Shown here: piece after piece, positions 15,454 to 25,162 of the stretch
How positions within the stretch are numbered: the first letter of the stretch is position 1
Layout: each line of letters begins with the position of its first letter
Source: an uncultured Clostridia bacterium
GTDB lineage: Bacteria; Bacillota; Clostridia; Saccharofermentanales; DTU023
DNA length: 64,000 nucleotides
Assembly (NCBI GenBank): GCA_946220865.1
Contig: CAMJYM010000002.1
Location: forward strand, 38,890-102,889
Direction of reading: 5' to 3'
The notes under the pieces: generated by a model
The model's database searches: none
Told to the model about the DNA's origin: nothing
The model's input: the letters and a program-made list of their open reading frames with translations, nothing else
Made by a program: the position numbers and the translations under genes

Positions 15454-16971
15454 TCAGAGGATTTCCAGGCGGCCCTCGCTGATAAGCTGGCCGCTGGCGC
15501 GATCGAAGAGCAGGAGGTTGTCGCCGCTGAAACGAAAGTCGATGTCGTCGCCGATGGCGAAGTCATCGGAGCCGAAGATGACAGCGGTCAGCAGGTAGGA
15601 ACCGTAACGAATTTTTAGGGTGTTTTCACGACCGCTGGGCATGGATCCGTGGATTTCGCCGCGGAGGGCTTTCGTTTTTTGTCTCTCTTTATCTGTTTCT
15701 ACCCCATCAGCACTTGCGAGCTGAATACGCTCGGCTGAGTTCGCGGCAGACTTTTCTGTCTGCGCAGCCTTCTGAGAGGGCTCCAAACCGTTTTCTATTG
15801 TCGCTCTCAGTTCTGTGGAATCGACGTGATGGCGCTGCTCGCGGATCATTTCCGGACGAATGCCGAGGACAAAGTCCGGAGCCTCAACTTTTTCACTTCC
15901 TGTAGAAGCTTCGTCGTCAAGACGTTCGAGAGGATAGGCAAAGGGTAAATCTTTGTTAGATTTTTCCACATAGCCTTTTTTCCGGGTTCGGAGCAGCTTT
16001 TCTTTTTCTGTGGCTTCAGCGTCTGCGGCTCGTTGCTCTTCCCAGGCCATGAGGTCGAGTGGGTCTTTGGGGGTAAAGCGCAGCTTAACATCATCGAAAA
16101 CCTGAAGATCGATGGACTTATCAGGATTCTGCATAAAACGATGTCGCTCGCCGACAGGATCCTCAGCAGGCTGGTCGCTGACAGCAGCCTTTTCGCTGAT
16201 ATTTTTCGCTTCGATAAAATTGATGGAGGGGTTACCGACAAAGTCCGCCACAAAGAGATTGACCGGCTTGTGGTAGAGTTCCAGCGGTCTGGCGTATTGC
16301 TGCAGGGTGCCGTTATTGATTAAGGCGATTTTTGTCGCCAGGGTCATGGCTTCCATCTGATCATGCGTGACATAAACGAAGGTCGCCCCCGTTTCGACGT
16401 GGAGGCGCTGGAGTTCGTAGCGCATCTCCAGGCGCAGCTTGGCATCCAGGTTGGAGAGAGGTTCATCCATGAAGAAAACGGAGGGACGTGGCGCGAGAGT
16501 TCTGGCGATGGCCACACGCTGCTGCTGACCACCGGAAAGTTCTGCCGGATAGCGCTTCATAAACATGCTGATTTTGACAATCCTGGCGACCTCCTCGACG
16601 CGCTGGTCAATCTCCTCTTTGCTCAGCTTTTTTCCGTCGACACGAATATTGCTGAGGCCAAAGGCGATGTTCTGATAAACCGTCATATTGGGCCAGAGGG
16701 CATAATTTTGGAAAAGAAAGCCGACCCGACGCTTGTTTGGGCCAATATTGATGCCGGCAGCACTGTCAAAGACCACGCGGTCACCGATGGTGATACGGCC
16801 CTCCGTGGGTGTTTCCAGACCCGCAATCATACGCAGCGTGGTGGTTTTTCCACAGCCCGATGGTCCGAGCAAAGTCACAAAGGAATTATCATCGATGACG
16901 AGATTCAAATGATCAATGGAGTAGAAATCACCCCAGCGTTTTGTCACATTTTCCAGAATAATTTTAGACAT
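15454..16971 (-). CDS. ABC transporter ATP-binding protein (MalK/PotA-like) with an enlarged C-terminal domain
   Basis: Walker A GPSGCGKTT, signature LSGGQQQRVAIAR, Walker B VFFMDEPLSNLD, H-loop VTHDQ. I chose the start MSKIILENV at 16971. About 250 aa follow the NBD, against about 120-130 in typical homologues. Confidence 0.9.
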   Translation of the reverse strand: MSKIILENVTKRWGDFYSIDHLNLVIDDNSFVTLLGPSGCGKTTTLRMIAGLETPTEGRITIGDRVVFDSAAGINIGPNKRRVGFLFQNYALWPNMTVYQNIAFGLSNIRVDGKKLSKEEIDQRVEEVARIVKISMFMKRYPAELSGGQQQRVAIARTLAPRPSVFFMDEPLSNLDAKLRLEMRYELQRLHVETGATFVYVTHDQMEAMTLATKIALINNGTLQQYARPLELYHKPVNLFVADFVGNPSINFIEAKNISEKAAVSDQPAEDPVGERHRFMQNPDKSIDLQVFDDVKLRFTPKDPLDLMAWEEQRAADAEATEKEKLLRTRKKGYVEKSNKDLPFAYPLERLDDEASTGSEKVEAPDFVLGIRPEMIREQRHHVDSTELRATIENGLEPSQKAAQTEKSAANSAERIQLASADGVETDKERQKTKALRGEIHGSMPSGRENTLKIRYGSYLLTAVIFGSDDFAIGDDIDFRFSGDNLLLFDRASGQLISEGRLEIL

Positions 16972-17086
16972 GTCCGTCTCCTGCGAATTTATTAACTTTG
17001 CGCCGCTCCGGGCGCTGACGACCGTGTTGCACTGCTGAGCAAAAGATATCGCCCGGCGTGCCAAAGACCACCGGCGATACTGCGGA

Positions 17087-18916
17087 TCAGTTTCCTGCAG
17101 TTTTATCGAGGCTTGCGCCGGTCAGAACATTGACCACGGTATTGGTGATCAAAAGAGTCACAATGAGAATGAGGTTGATGCCGCTTGAGAAAGCGTAAAG
17201 CCCCATTTCATCGAAATAATCAAGTGTCGTTGAGAGGATAAAACCCTGAACGCAGAGCAGCATAAAGAGGGAAAGCTCGCGCAGGCAGGTCATAAAGGGC
17301 AGCATAAAGCCGCTGATGATGGAGTTTTTCTGCAGCGGAATGATGATCCTGCCCATGCGCTTAAACCAGGAAATATTGTGGATCACCGCGGATTCCTCGA
17401 TCTCCGGTGAGATCTGCAGCATGGAGTTCAGCACGTTACGGCTGGCAAAGGGAATGTACTTAATGGTTCCGGCAATAATCAGGAGCGTAAAGGTATTGAA
17501 CAAGTTGATGTGTTCGTTGGAAAAGAGCACGAAAAAGGCGGCGCCGACGGCGATCGAGGGCATGAGATAAGGCAGAAAGGCCATGTTGTTGACATAATTA
17601 GCTAAGCGCGTGCGGCGGCGTTTCGATACCGCATAGCCAATAATCGTGCCGATGGTTCCCGCCAGAAGCGCACAGGCGACCGAAACCACCAGTGTACCGA
17701 CAAAAGCCCGCCAGATGGTGTCGTTGTAGAGAATCCCCTGTTGGCCATACATGCCGTTTTCGGTGATGTTCTCGTTCGTATTCCACCACTTCAGGGTCAG
17801 GTTCTGGGTGTTGCCCGTATAGAGGAAGGAGTAATCGCCCGGGTTCGGCAGAAAAGTCTCAAAAGCAAAGGAGACGATGGGGAAAAGGCTCACAAAGAAG
17901 GTGAGTAAGATAAGAATCCAGGCGACGACATGACGGCCTGCTTTGCCCAGATTGATTTTGGAAATCTGGCCGGACTTTCCGCTGACCGTTGTGTAATTTT
18001 TACGGCTCTTGAGGGCCGACTGATTTACAATCATGATGCTCACGCCGAAGACCATCATGATCACGGCGAGGATGCTGGCTTCACCGGTATACTTGGAGTT
18101 CATTGTGACGTATTTTGTGGCCAAAGTGGTGAAGTTAAGGTAGTGCGGAACAGGGTAGCTGCCCATGGCGCTGCCAAAAACCAGGAGGATCGTCGAGAGA
18201 ATGGCGGGTCTCACCATCGGAAGCGTGATGCGGGTGAGAATTCTCCAGCGCGGCGTATCGAGAATGGTTGCCGCTTCCTCCAGGTTGGCATCCATATTGC
18301 GGAAGATGCTGCCAATCAGCGTAAAGGCGAAGGGCGCATAGTGCAGGCCCAGCACCATCACACTGGGGAAAAGGCCGCGGCACCACCAGACCGGCATCTG
18401 CAGACCAAAGAGCGAGGCCAGAAGGCCGTTAGAGGTTCCCGTGACCGCATTGGAGTTAAAGAGGTTCTGCCAGACTACGGCGAGGGTCCACTGCGGCATG
18501 ATGTAGGGGAAAATAAAGATGGAGCTGATATAACGCTTACAGGCCAGGTTGGTCCGCGTAATCAGGAAAGCCACGATGCCGCCAAAGAGCAGGGCTACCA
18601 CGCAGGTTCCTACGGCCAGCAGGAGGGTGTTGGCCAGAGGAATCCAGAGGTTGGTTTTGGCCAGGCGGCTGGTGAAGAGATCCACGTAGTTCACCAGCGT
18701 GTATCCCGACGCTTTCTTGGTGAGAAACTGATCGATGGTCCCCTGATGAATCTTGAAGGTGTCCCTGACAATGGCCACAATCGGCAGAATCGTGGTGATC
18801 GTCAGAATCACGGACATCAGGACCAGGATAACGTTATGGGGAAGCGAAAAAAATGTTTTGAGTTTATTCAGCCTGACCCGGAAAACCGAAGTCTGGGCCG
18901 CATATTCTTGATTCAT
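17087..18916 (-). CDS. ABC transporter permease, fused double MalFG-type (FbpB/ThiP-like)
   Basis: About 610 aa with roughly 12 hydrophobic segments in two homologous halves. An AAGGAGAGG RBS precedes ATG 18916; the ORF is open to 18943. Confidence 0.87.
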   Translation of the reverse strand: MNQEYAAQTSVFRVRLNKLKTFFSLPHNVILVLMSVILTITTILPIVAIVRDTFKIHQGTIDQFLTKKASGYTLVNYVDLFTSRLAKTNLWIPLANTLLLAVGTCVVALLFGGIVAFLITRTNLACKRYISSIFIFPYIMPQWTLAVVWQNLFNSNAVTGTSNGLLASLFGLQMPVWWCRGLFPSVMVLGLHYAPFAFTLIGSIFRNMDANLEEAATILDTPRWRILTRITLPMVRPAILSTILLVFGSAMGSYPVPHYLNFTTLATKYVTMNSKYTGEASILAVIMMVFGVSIMIVNQSALKSRKNYTTVSGKSGQISKINLGKAGRHVVAWILILLTFFVSLFPIVSFAFETFLPNPGDYSFLYTGNTQNLTLKWWNTNENITENGMYGQQGILYNDTIWRAFVGTLVVSVACALLAGTIGTIIGYAVSKRRRTRLANYVNNMAFLPYLMPSIAVGAAFFVLFSNEHINLFNTFTLLIIAGTIKYIPFASRNVLNSMLQISPEIEESAVIHNISWFKRMGRIIIPLQKNSIISGFMLPFMTCLRELSLFMLLCVQGFILSTTLDYFDEMGLYAFSSGINLILIVTLLITNTVVNVLTGASLDKTAGN

Positions 18917-19108
18917 CGGTGGCCTCTCCTTCTCCCCTCTCATAAAAAATCTTCGGAGAGGCCGCCTGTGGACGGCCGCCTCTCCGAGATTCAGGTCATC
19001 CCGGCCTTTGACAGACCGGGATGATTGCGGCTGAGGGTCTCAAGTTCAGATAAGGCAATAGAAAAAGAAAGAATCGAGGCCCTCACCCCTGTAAGATAGA
19101 CTAAACGC

Positions 19109-20437
19109 TTATTTACCGCTGTATTTATCCAGCAGCTCAATCCAGCTGCCCACGGTGAAAGCCACGGAAGCGCAGTATTCAGGATCTTCGAGAACGAGTT
19201 TGCCCTGATCGACCCACCAGTCGTAACCGCGGTCGTTCATGACATCGTAGACGTTCTTATCGCCTTCATAACCGCCTTTGGCGTGCTGATATTCTTCTTC
19301 AGTTTCTTTTGCGACGACAGGATTGGCCGAATAACCGCCCATGTCCTTACCCCAGGCGGAGAAACCGTCTTTCGTGCAGGTCATGTAAGCGATGAAAGCG
19401 CAGGCTGTCCAGGGCAGCGGGCTATTTTTGGTCACAAAGAGGTAGTGCTTATAGCCGTAGCCGCCGATGCCCTTATAGCCATCGTTATAAGCGGCAACCT
19501 GAACGTTGTTACGGGAGACGGAATCAGATTCTTCTACTGAACGCAGCTTGGAGTAAACCAGGAGGCCAAATTGATCCGTGGCGGATTTATCAACCAGGGT
19601 ATTGCAGATCGGGCCGTCATCGGTGACAGGGTTATAGCTCTCCACCCACAGTTTGATCCAGGCCAGGCCGTATTTGCTGACTTCTTCGAGACCAAGAGCT
19701 TCGGTTTCCCCGGCCATCTCGTCAATCGTCGGCTGGAAATAAGCCTTCTGTTCATCCGGGAGCGCGTCAAAAGCTTCTTTCAGGCAGGTACTGTAATCTT
19801 CACGCGTGAGCATGTAAAGGAAATTCTTGCCGACGATTTCAGAATCGATGTCCATGTAGAGGCCATGTTCGCCTTCAGCGACAAAGTCCCAGCAGTTCAT
19901 GTATTTCTTTTCGCCGGTCGTGTTGTACATGAAAACTTTATTCAGAGTCTGCAGAGGCAGGAAACCTTTGTATTCTTCAGCCGTCGTCTTGTTGGCTTCA
20001 GCCCAGTCCTTGGGGATGAAGGTTTTCAGAATGCCGGGTTCGACCATTTTGCTCTGGATCTGGTTGCCATCCTGAATCAGCGTCATGGTAAAGGTGCCAG
20101 TCTTTTTGAGTGAATCCGCAGTCAGCTGATCGAAGATCTTATTGTTCTTCGGCTGCTGCCATTCGAAATCCATTTTGTAAGACGGGTCGATCGTCTGGAG
20201 ATATGCGACAAAAAGCGGCAGGGCCGTTTTGCCGCGGCTGGAGTTGCCTACACCATAGAAGGTCGCGCCATTAGATTCCTCGATCGCCTTTTTGGCAAGC
20301 TCTTCAAGGCTCATGCCCTGAGCTTCAGCGATAATTTTGTCGACCTCCGACTCCTCAGCCTGAACCGCAGGAGCGGGAAGCAGCAGAAACGACAGAGCGA
20401 GGGCTAATGTTAAGAATAGTGACAGGGTCTTTTTCAT
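19109..20437 (-). CDS. ABC transporter periplasmic-type substrate-binding protein
   Basis: Signal peptide MKKTLSLFLTLALALSFLLLPAPAVQA. 442 aa. It is the first gene of the SBP-permease-ATPase operon. Confidence 0.85.
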   Translation of the reverse strand: MKKTLSLFLTLALALSFLLLPAPAVQAEESEVDKIIAEAQGMSLEELAKKAIEESNGATFYGVGNSSRGKTALPLFVAYLQTIDPSYKMDFEWQQPKNNKIFDQLTADSLKKTGTFTMTLIQDGNQIQSKMVEPGILKTFIPKDWAEANKTTAEEYKGFLPLQTLNKVFMYNTTGEKKYMNCWDFVAEGEHGLYMDIDSEIVGKNFLYMLTREDYSTCLKEAFDALPDEQKAYFQPTIDEMAGETEALGLEEVSKYGLAWIKLWVESYNPVTDDGPICNTLVDKSATDQFGLLVYSKLRSVEESDSVSRNNVQVAAYNDGYKGIGGYGYKHYLFVTKNSPLPWTACAFIAYMTCTKDGFSAWGKDMGGYSANPVVAKETEEEYQHAKGGYEGDKNVYDVMNDRGYDWWVDQGKLVLEDPEYCASVAFTVGSWIELLDKYSGK

Positions 20438-20470
20438 ATAAACACCTTCCTTTGTTCTATTTGTGAAGTA

Positions 20471-20499
20471 ATTTTACGGGAAAGCCAGTGTTTTTTCAA
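20471..20499 (-). promoter_or_regulatory. candidate sigma-A promoter of the ABC importer operon
   Basis: Minus strand: TTGAAA, 17 nt, TAAAAT. It ends about 33 nt upstream of ATG 20437. Confidence 0.4.
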
Positions 20500-20551
20500 T
20501 GTAATTCACAAAAAACGGCGCCGGATTTGGAGGGTCATGTTAAGGTTTTGT

Positions 20552-20582
20552 AAAAAAGCCCGTTCAGCAGAACTGAGCGGGC
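20552..20582 (-). terminator. Rho-independent terminator of the urocanase gene
   Basis: Minus strand: a 10-bp stem GCCCGCTCAG/CTGAACGGGC (one G-U pair) with a 5-nt loop, then TTTTTT. Confidence 0.7.
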
Positions 20583-20687
20583 CGATGAGCCGTGAAGGAC
20601 TTAAAAGCCTGGGGTTCTTCTCGTGGGCGGATTTCTCACTGAAGAGCAGACATTTAAGCCGCTAAGGCTTCAACTTATACCGTTTTT

Positions 20688-22709
20688 CTAAAAGAGTTTG
20701 GCGACTGCTTCTTTGACCAGCTTTTCGTCGGCCAGCCAGGGCAGCGTAATGGTGCCGTCCGTATGCTTTTTATTGAATTCGATGGCCACTTCCATGGCAT
20801 GCTCGTTGCGGGCCCAGCTGCGTCTGGCTACGCCGCCCATAACATCCCAGGACATCGAGAGGCGGATGATTTCGTCGACCCTCTCAGAGCCGTCGAGCAG
20901 GAGGCCGAAGCCGCTGTTGATGACTTTGCCGATGCCAACGCCACCGCCGTTATGAATGGTGCAGTAAGTCATGCCACGGGCAGCATTGCCGGCGTAGCAC
21001 TGCGTCGCCATATCCGCACAGACACGCGAACCGTCGTAGATATTAGAGGTCTCACGGAAAGGCGAGTCGGTTCCGGCCACATCGTGGTGGTCACGGCCGA
21101 TCATCACCGGGCCGATCTTGCCCTCACGCACCAGCTTGTTGAAGGCCAGGGCAATGTTCATGCGCCCTTCTTCATCCTGATAAAGAATACGGGCCTGGGT
21201 GCCGACGACGAGCTTATTCTTTTCTGCATCACGGATCCAGATATAGTTGTCGCGATCTTGATAGCGGCGATTCGGGTCGATGGCGGACATGGCAGCCTGG
21301 TCAGTGGCGATCAGATCCTCATGCTTGCCGGAAAGGCAGACCCATCTGAAAGGTCCATAACCATAGTCAAAGAGCAGCGGTCCCATGATGTCTTCCACGT
21401 AGCTCGGCCAGATAAAGCCGTCTTTGTCGTCCACCCCATTGCGGGAAATTTCACTGACACCGCTGTCAAAAATGGCCTTCATGAAGGAGTTGCCGTAGTC
21501 AAAGAAATAGGTGCCGCGGCTGACCAGCTCCCGGATCAGTTCAAAGTGATGCCGCAGGGTCGAGTCCACGCGTTTTTTGAAGCCTTCGTGATCTTCCGCC
21601 AGCATCCTGGTTCTCTCAGCGAAAGTCAAACCCTCCGGGCAATAGCCGCCATCATAGACGTTGTGGCAGGAGGTCTGATCGGAGAGTAGGTCGACGTGGA
21701 TCTGATTTTTGACGATGTAGTCGAGAAGAACGACGATGTTGCCATGATAAGCGATAGACATGGGTTCTTTTTTCGCCAGATATTCCCTGGCGATCGCAAA
21801 CACTTCATCCAGTGAATCCGTGACCCTCGAAATCCAGCCCTGTTCCAGGCGGGTCTCAATGCGGGAGCGATCTACTTCAGCCACAATGCCCACGGCATGG
21901 GCAATTTCGGCTGCTTTCCCCTGAGCGCCGCTCATACCGCCCAGACCGGAAGTCACAAAGAGTTTGCCGCTCAGATCTTCCTTCGGCCCAAGGCCCAGTT
22001 TCAGACGCCCGGCGTTGAGAATCGTGTTAAAGGTGCCGTGCACAATGCCCTGGGGTCCGATATACATCCAGCCGCCAGCCGTCATCTGACCATAGTTGGT
22101 CACGCCCATTTCCTCGGCAATTTCCCAATCCTCATGATTGTCATATTCACCGATGAGAATGCCGTTGGTCATAATGACGCGCGGTGAATTCTTTCTGGAG
22201 CGGAAAAGGCCGAGAGGATGGCCGGATTCCATGACCAGGGTTTGCTCGTCGGTCATGTTTTCCAGGTATTTTTTGATCAGGCGGTACTGCATCCAGTCAT
22301 GGCAGACTGAGCCGGTCTCACCGTAGGTCACAAGCTCATACGGATAAAGGGCCACTTCAAAATCGAGGTTGTTGTCGATCATCACCTGAATGGCTTTGCC
22401 GGCCAGGCACTTGCCCTTATATTCGTCGAGCGGTTTGCCGTAAATGCGGCCCTCCGGCCGGAAACGGTAGCCATAGATGCGGCCCCGCGTTTTGAGTTCT
22501 TCCAGAAACTCGGGAATAAGTTCCCTGTGAAATTTTTCCGGAACATATCTTAGGGCGTTTTTCAGAGCAATCTCGGTCTGCTGCTGATTGAGCCTGAAAC
22601 CGCGGTCCGGAGCCCTGCGGATACCCGGGTCAAAGGCAGGCTTCGGCGGAAGCTCATCGAAATCGAGACAGATTCTCATGGCTGCTTCACTTTGCTGATT
22701 TTTAATCAT
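20688..22709 (-). CDS. hutU: urocanate hydratase family protein (long, about 670-aa form)
   Basis: Segments characteristic of urocanase: ...VTYGETGSVCHDWMQY..., ...TSGLGGMSGAQGKAA..., ...HNGGGVGIGK.... A GGAGGTG RBS lies 8 nt upstream of ATG 22709. Confidence 0.88.
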   Translation of the reverse strand: MIKNQQSEAAMRICLDFDELPPKPAFDPGIRRAPDRGFRLNQQQTEIALKNALRYVPEKFHRELIPEFLEELKTRGRIYGYRFRPEGRIYGKPLDEYKGKCLAGKAIQVMIDNNLDFEVALYPYELVTYGETGSVCHDWMQYRLIKKYLENMTDEQTLVMESGHPLGLFRSRKNSPRVIMTNGILIGEYDNHEDWEIAEEMGVTNYGQMTAGGWMYIGPQGIVHGTFNTILNAGRLKLGLGPKEDLSGKLFVTSGLGGMSGAQGKAAEIAHAVGIVAEVDRSRIETRLEQGWISRVTDSLDEVFAIAREYLAKKEPMSIAYHGNIVVLLDYIVKNQIHVDLLSDQTSCHNVYDGGYCPEGLTFAERTRMLAEDHEGFKKRVDSTLRHHFELIRELVSRGTYFFDYGNSFMKAIFDSGVSEISRNGVDDKDGFIWPSYVEDIMGPLLFDYGYGPFRWVCLSGKHEDLIATDQAAMSAIDPNRRYQDRDNYIWIRDAEKNKLVVGTQARILYQDEEGRMNIALAFNKLVREGKIGPVMIGRDHHDVAGTDSPFRETSNIYDGSRVCADMATQCYAGNAARGMTYCTIHNGGGVGIGKVINSGFGLLLDGSERVDEIIRLSMSWDVMGGVARRSWARNEHAMEVAIEFNKKHTDGTITLPWLADEKLVKEAVAKLF

Positions 22710-22862
22710 TGAATTTCACCTCCGGAAAAAATAAGATGCTTTTTAAGCAATAAAACATTCAAAGTATCTAAACAAACTTGATTCTCTTTGCATCTTACGC
22801 TAATCAAAGCACTAATCAAAGAGGAAAACAAGGATGACGAAAGGGAGAGGCTGTCCGCTCGT

Positions 22863-24239
22863 ATGCGTATTTTACTGGGAGATATTGGCTCTACATACAG
22901 TAAATTGACCCTGGTCGATCTGGAGAAACAGCAGGTGCTGGCCCAATCCTCAGCCTGCACTACCATAGAAAGCTCGGTTATGGTGGGCGTTCAGCTCGCC
23001 CTGTCTCAGCTGCAGGCAAGACTTTTGCCTCAGCCTCCCGAGCCGCTTTACCAACAGGCTCTCTTTTGTTCTTCTGCGGCCGGTGGTCTGAAAATGGTCG
23101 CTATTGGCCTCAGCAAGGGACTTACGGCAGAAGCAGCAAAGCGCTCCGCTCTGGGAGCTGGTGCGAGGATGCTCAAAACTTTTCACTACTTTCTCAGTGA
23201 CGACGATCTCGCCGAGATCAATCGTCTGAAAGCCGATATCATCCTGCTCGCCGGGGGAACCGACTACGGCAATACGGACAATATTCTCAGCAATGCGAAA
23301 AAGCTGCTGGAGCTTGAGTCCTCGCCGCCTGTAGTCGTCGCCGGTAATGTCGAAGTTGCCGAGGAAGTCTCCCGCATTCTTTCCGTCAAATTTCCGGTTT
23401 ATCTGAGCGAAAATGTCATGCCCGCTGTGAATGAGATTAACCCGGATCCCGTGAGACGAGTGATTCGTCAGGTTTTTATGTCCACCATCACAAAAGCGAA
23501 AGGCCTTTCTGAACTGAGCAGAAAAGTCGGGCCCGTCCTCATGCCGACGCCCGATGCCGTGCTTGAGGCCGCTAAACTTCTTTCACGGGGAACGGAGAAA
23601 ACAGCAGGGCTGGGTGATCTCCTCCTGATCGACATCGGCGGGGCCACCACCGATGTGCACAGCATAGGCGAAGGACTGCCTGATCCGGATTTACTGAGAA
23701 AAAACCTGATCCGTTTTGAAGGTCTGAGAGAACCTTTGGCCAAGCGCACGGTGGAAGGCGATCTGGGCCTGCGTTATTCCGCGCAAAGCCTTTACGAAAG
23801 CCTGAGTGAAGAGAGGCTGCGCGCAGCCTTACCCTACGATTATACTGAGGCCTGCGCCTTCCGGGCGCAGCACGTGGATTTTATTCCGGATACAGCCGAA
23901 GAAATCGCCGTTGATCAAAAACTCGCTCACTTCTGCGCTGTAAAAGCTTTACAGCGGCACGTCGGCAGTCTGCGCAGCGAGTTCCGGCAAAAATCCAATG
24001 TCACCGTTCAAAAGGGCAAAGATCTTTCCCGCTTTGGACTGATTCTTGGCACCGGCGGCGTGCTGGTCCACTCTCCTGATCCGCAGAAAATTCTGCAGGT
24101 TGAAGCTGCTCCTCTGCTCCCTCAGGCGCCTTGTTACGCCGTCGACAAGCTCTATCTTATTTCAGCCATGGGGCTGCTCAGTACCGTGGATGCGGAAGCC
24201 GCTCTGAAGATTCTGAAGGACGATCTCCTGTTCTTATAA
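22863..24239 (+). CDS. GlmL/MutL-family ASKHA ATPase (glutamate-mutase-reactivase-like)
   Basis: I chose the start MRILLGDIGSTYSKLTLVD (actin-like phosphate-1 motif). A second motif is LLIDIGGATTDVHS. The RBS is weak, so the start is uncertain (ORF open from 22788). Confidence 0.72.
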   Translation: MRILLGDIGSTYSKLTLVDLEKQQVLAQSSACTTIESSVMVGVQLALSQLQARLLPQPPEPLYQQALFCSSAAGGLKMVAIGLSKGLTAEAAKRSALGAGARMLKTFHYFLSDDDLAEINRLKADIILLAGGTDYGNTDNILSNAKKLLELESSPPVVVAGNVEVAEEVSRILSVKFPVYLSENVMPAVNEINPDPVRRVIRQVFMSTITKAKGLSELSRKVGPVLMPTPDAVLEAAKLLSRGTEKTAGLGDLLLIDIGGATTDVHSIGEGLPDPDLLRKNLIRFEGLREPLAKRTVEGDLGLRYSAQSLYESLSEERLRAALPYDYTEACAFRAQHVDFIPDTAEEIAVDQKLAHFCAVKALQRHVGSLRSEFRQKSNVTVQKGKDLSRFGLILGTGGVLVHSPDPQKILQVEAAPLLPQAPCYAVDKLYLISAMGLLSTVDAEAALKILKDDLLFL

Positions 24240-24269
24240 TCCTGTGAAAGTAACCCTATGAAGGGCTGA

Positions 24270-25160
24270 TCAGCGCCGTGACTTATCGGAGAGCAGAAGC
24301 ATCTCCCGCAGAATTTTCCAGGTCGCCGCGTTGGAGATGCCGCTGGTATCGCAGGGCGGCGAAAGTTCCATGATGTCGAAAGCGATAATGTTCAGCGGTG
24401 CAAGCGAGAAGAGCGCCCCCATGAGCTCCTTAAAGCTGACGCCTCCGGCTTCGGGGGTGCCGGTTCCCGGCATGACCGAGGGGTCGAGAACATCCACGTC
24501 GATGGTCACATAAACCGGCACGTCAGGCTGCTTTTTCATGAGGGCGGCAACGCTTGCAGGGCAGGCGTCCACATCGAAGCAGTGAAAATCCAGGTGCTTG
24601 CGGCCGTAGATAAATTCATCGCCGCCGCCTGAGCGGATGCCGAAGGAATGAATGCGCCCGTCCTCCCCGATCATATCCTGACATTTGCGGATGACATTGG
24701 CATGAGAAAGCTCCTGGCCGAGAAAGCGTTCACGCAGGTCGGTATGGGCATCAAAGTGAAAGATATGCAGATCCGGAGCTTTTTGCAGGACAGCTTTAAC
24801 CGTTCCCTGAGTGAGCAGGTGCTCTCCGCCGATCATCACCGGACGCTTGCCATCGGCCAGAATTCTGGTGGTCCGGCGCTCGAGGATATCCAACATCTCC
24901 TGAGGATTGCCCAGCGGGGCAAAGACGTCCCCCAGATCGCAAACCTTCAGCTCACTCATATCGCGATCGAGATAAGGGCTGTAGGTTTCAAAGCCGATGA
25001 GGGAATCCGCTCTCAGCGCATTCGGAGCAAAGCGCGTGCCCGGCCGAAAGGAAGCCGTGCTGTCAAAAGGCGCCCCGAAGATCACCGTATCGGCTTCTTC
25101 GTAGCTGGCGTCACAACCCAGAAAATGCGGTCTTGTCATCTCGTCCAAAAATTCGTTCAT
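24270..25160 (-). CDS. speB: agmatinase (ureohydrolase family)
   Basis: Mn-binding motifs GGEHLLT, HFDAHTDL and TIDVDVLDPSVMPGTGTPEAGG. It lies immediately downstream of speE. Confidence 0.9.
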   Translation of the reverse strand: MNEFLDEMTRPHFLGCDASYEEADTVIFGAPFDSTASFRPGTRFAPNALRADSLIGFETYSPYLDRDMSELKVCDLGDVFAPLGNPQEMLDILERRTTRILADGKRPVMIGGEHLLTQGTVKAVLQKAPDLHIFHFDAHTDLRERFLGQELSHANVIRKCQDMIGEDGRIHSFGIRSGGGDEFIYGRKHLDFHCFDVDACPASVAALMKKQPDVPVYVTIDVDVLDPSVMPGTGTPEAGGVSFKELMGALFSLAPLNIIAFDIMELSPPCDTSGISNAATWKILREMLLLSDKSRR

Positions 25161-25162
25161 GA

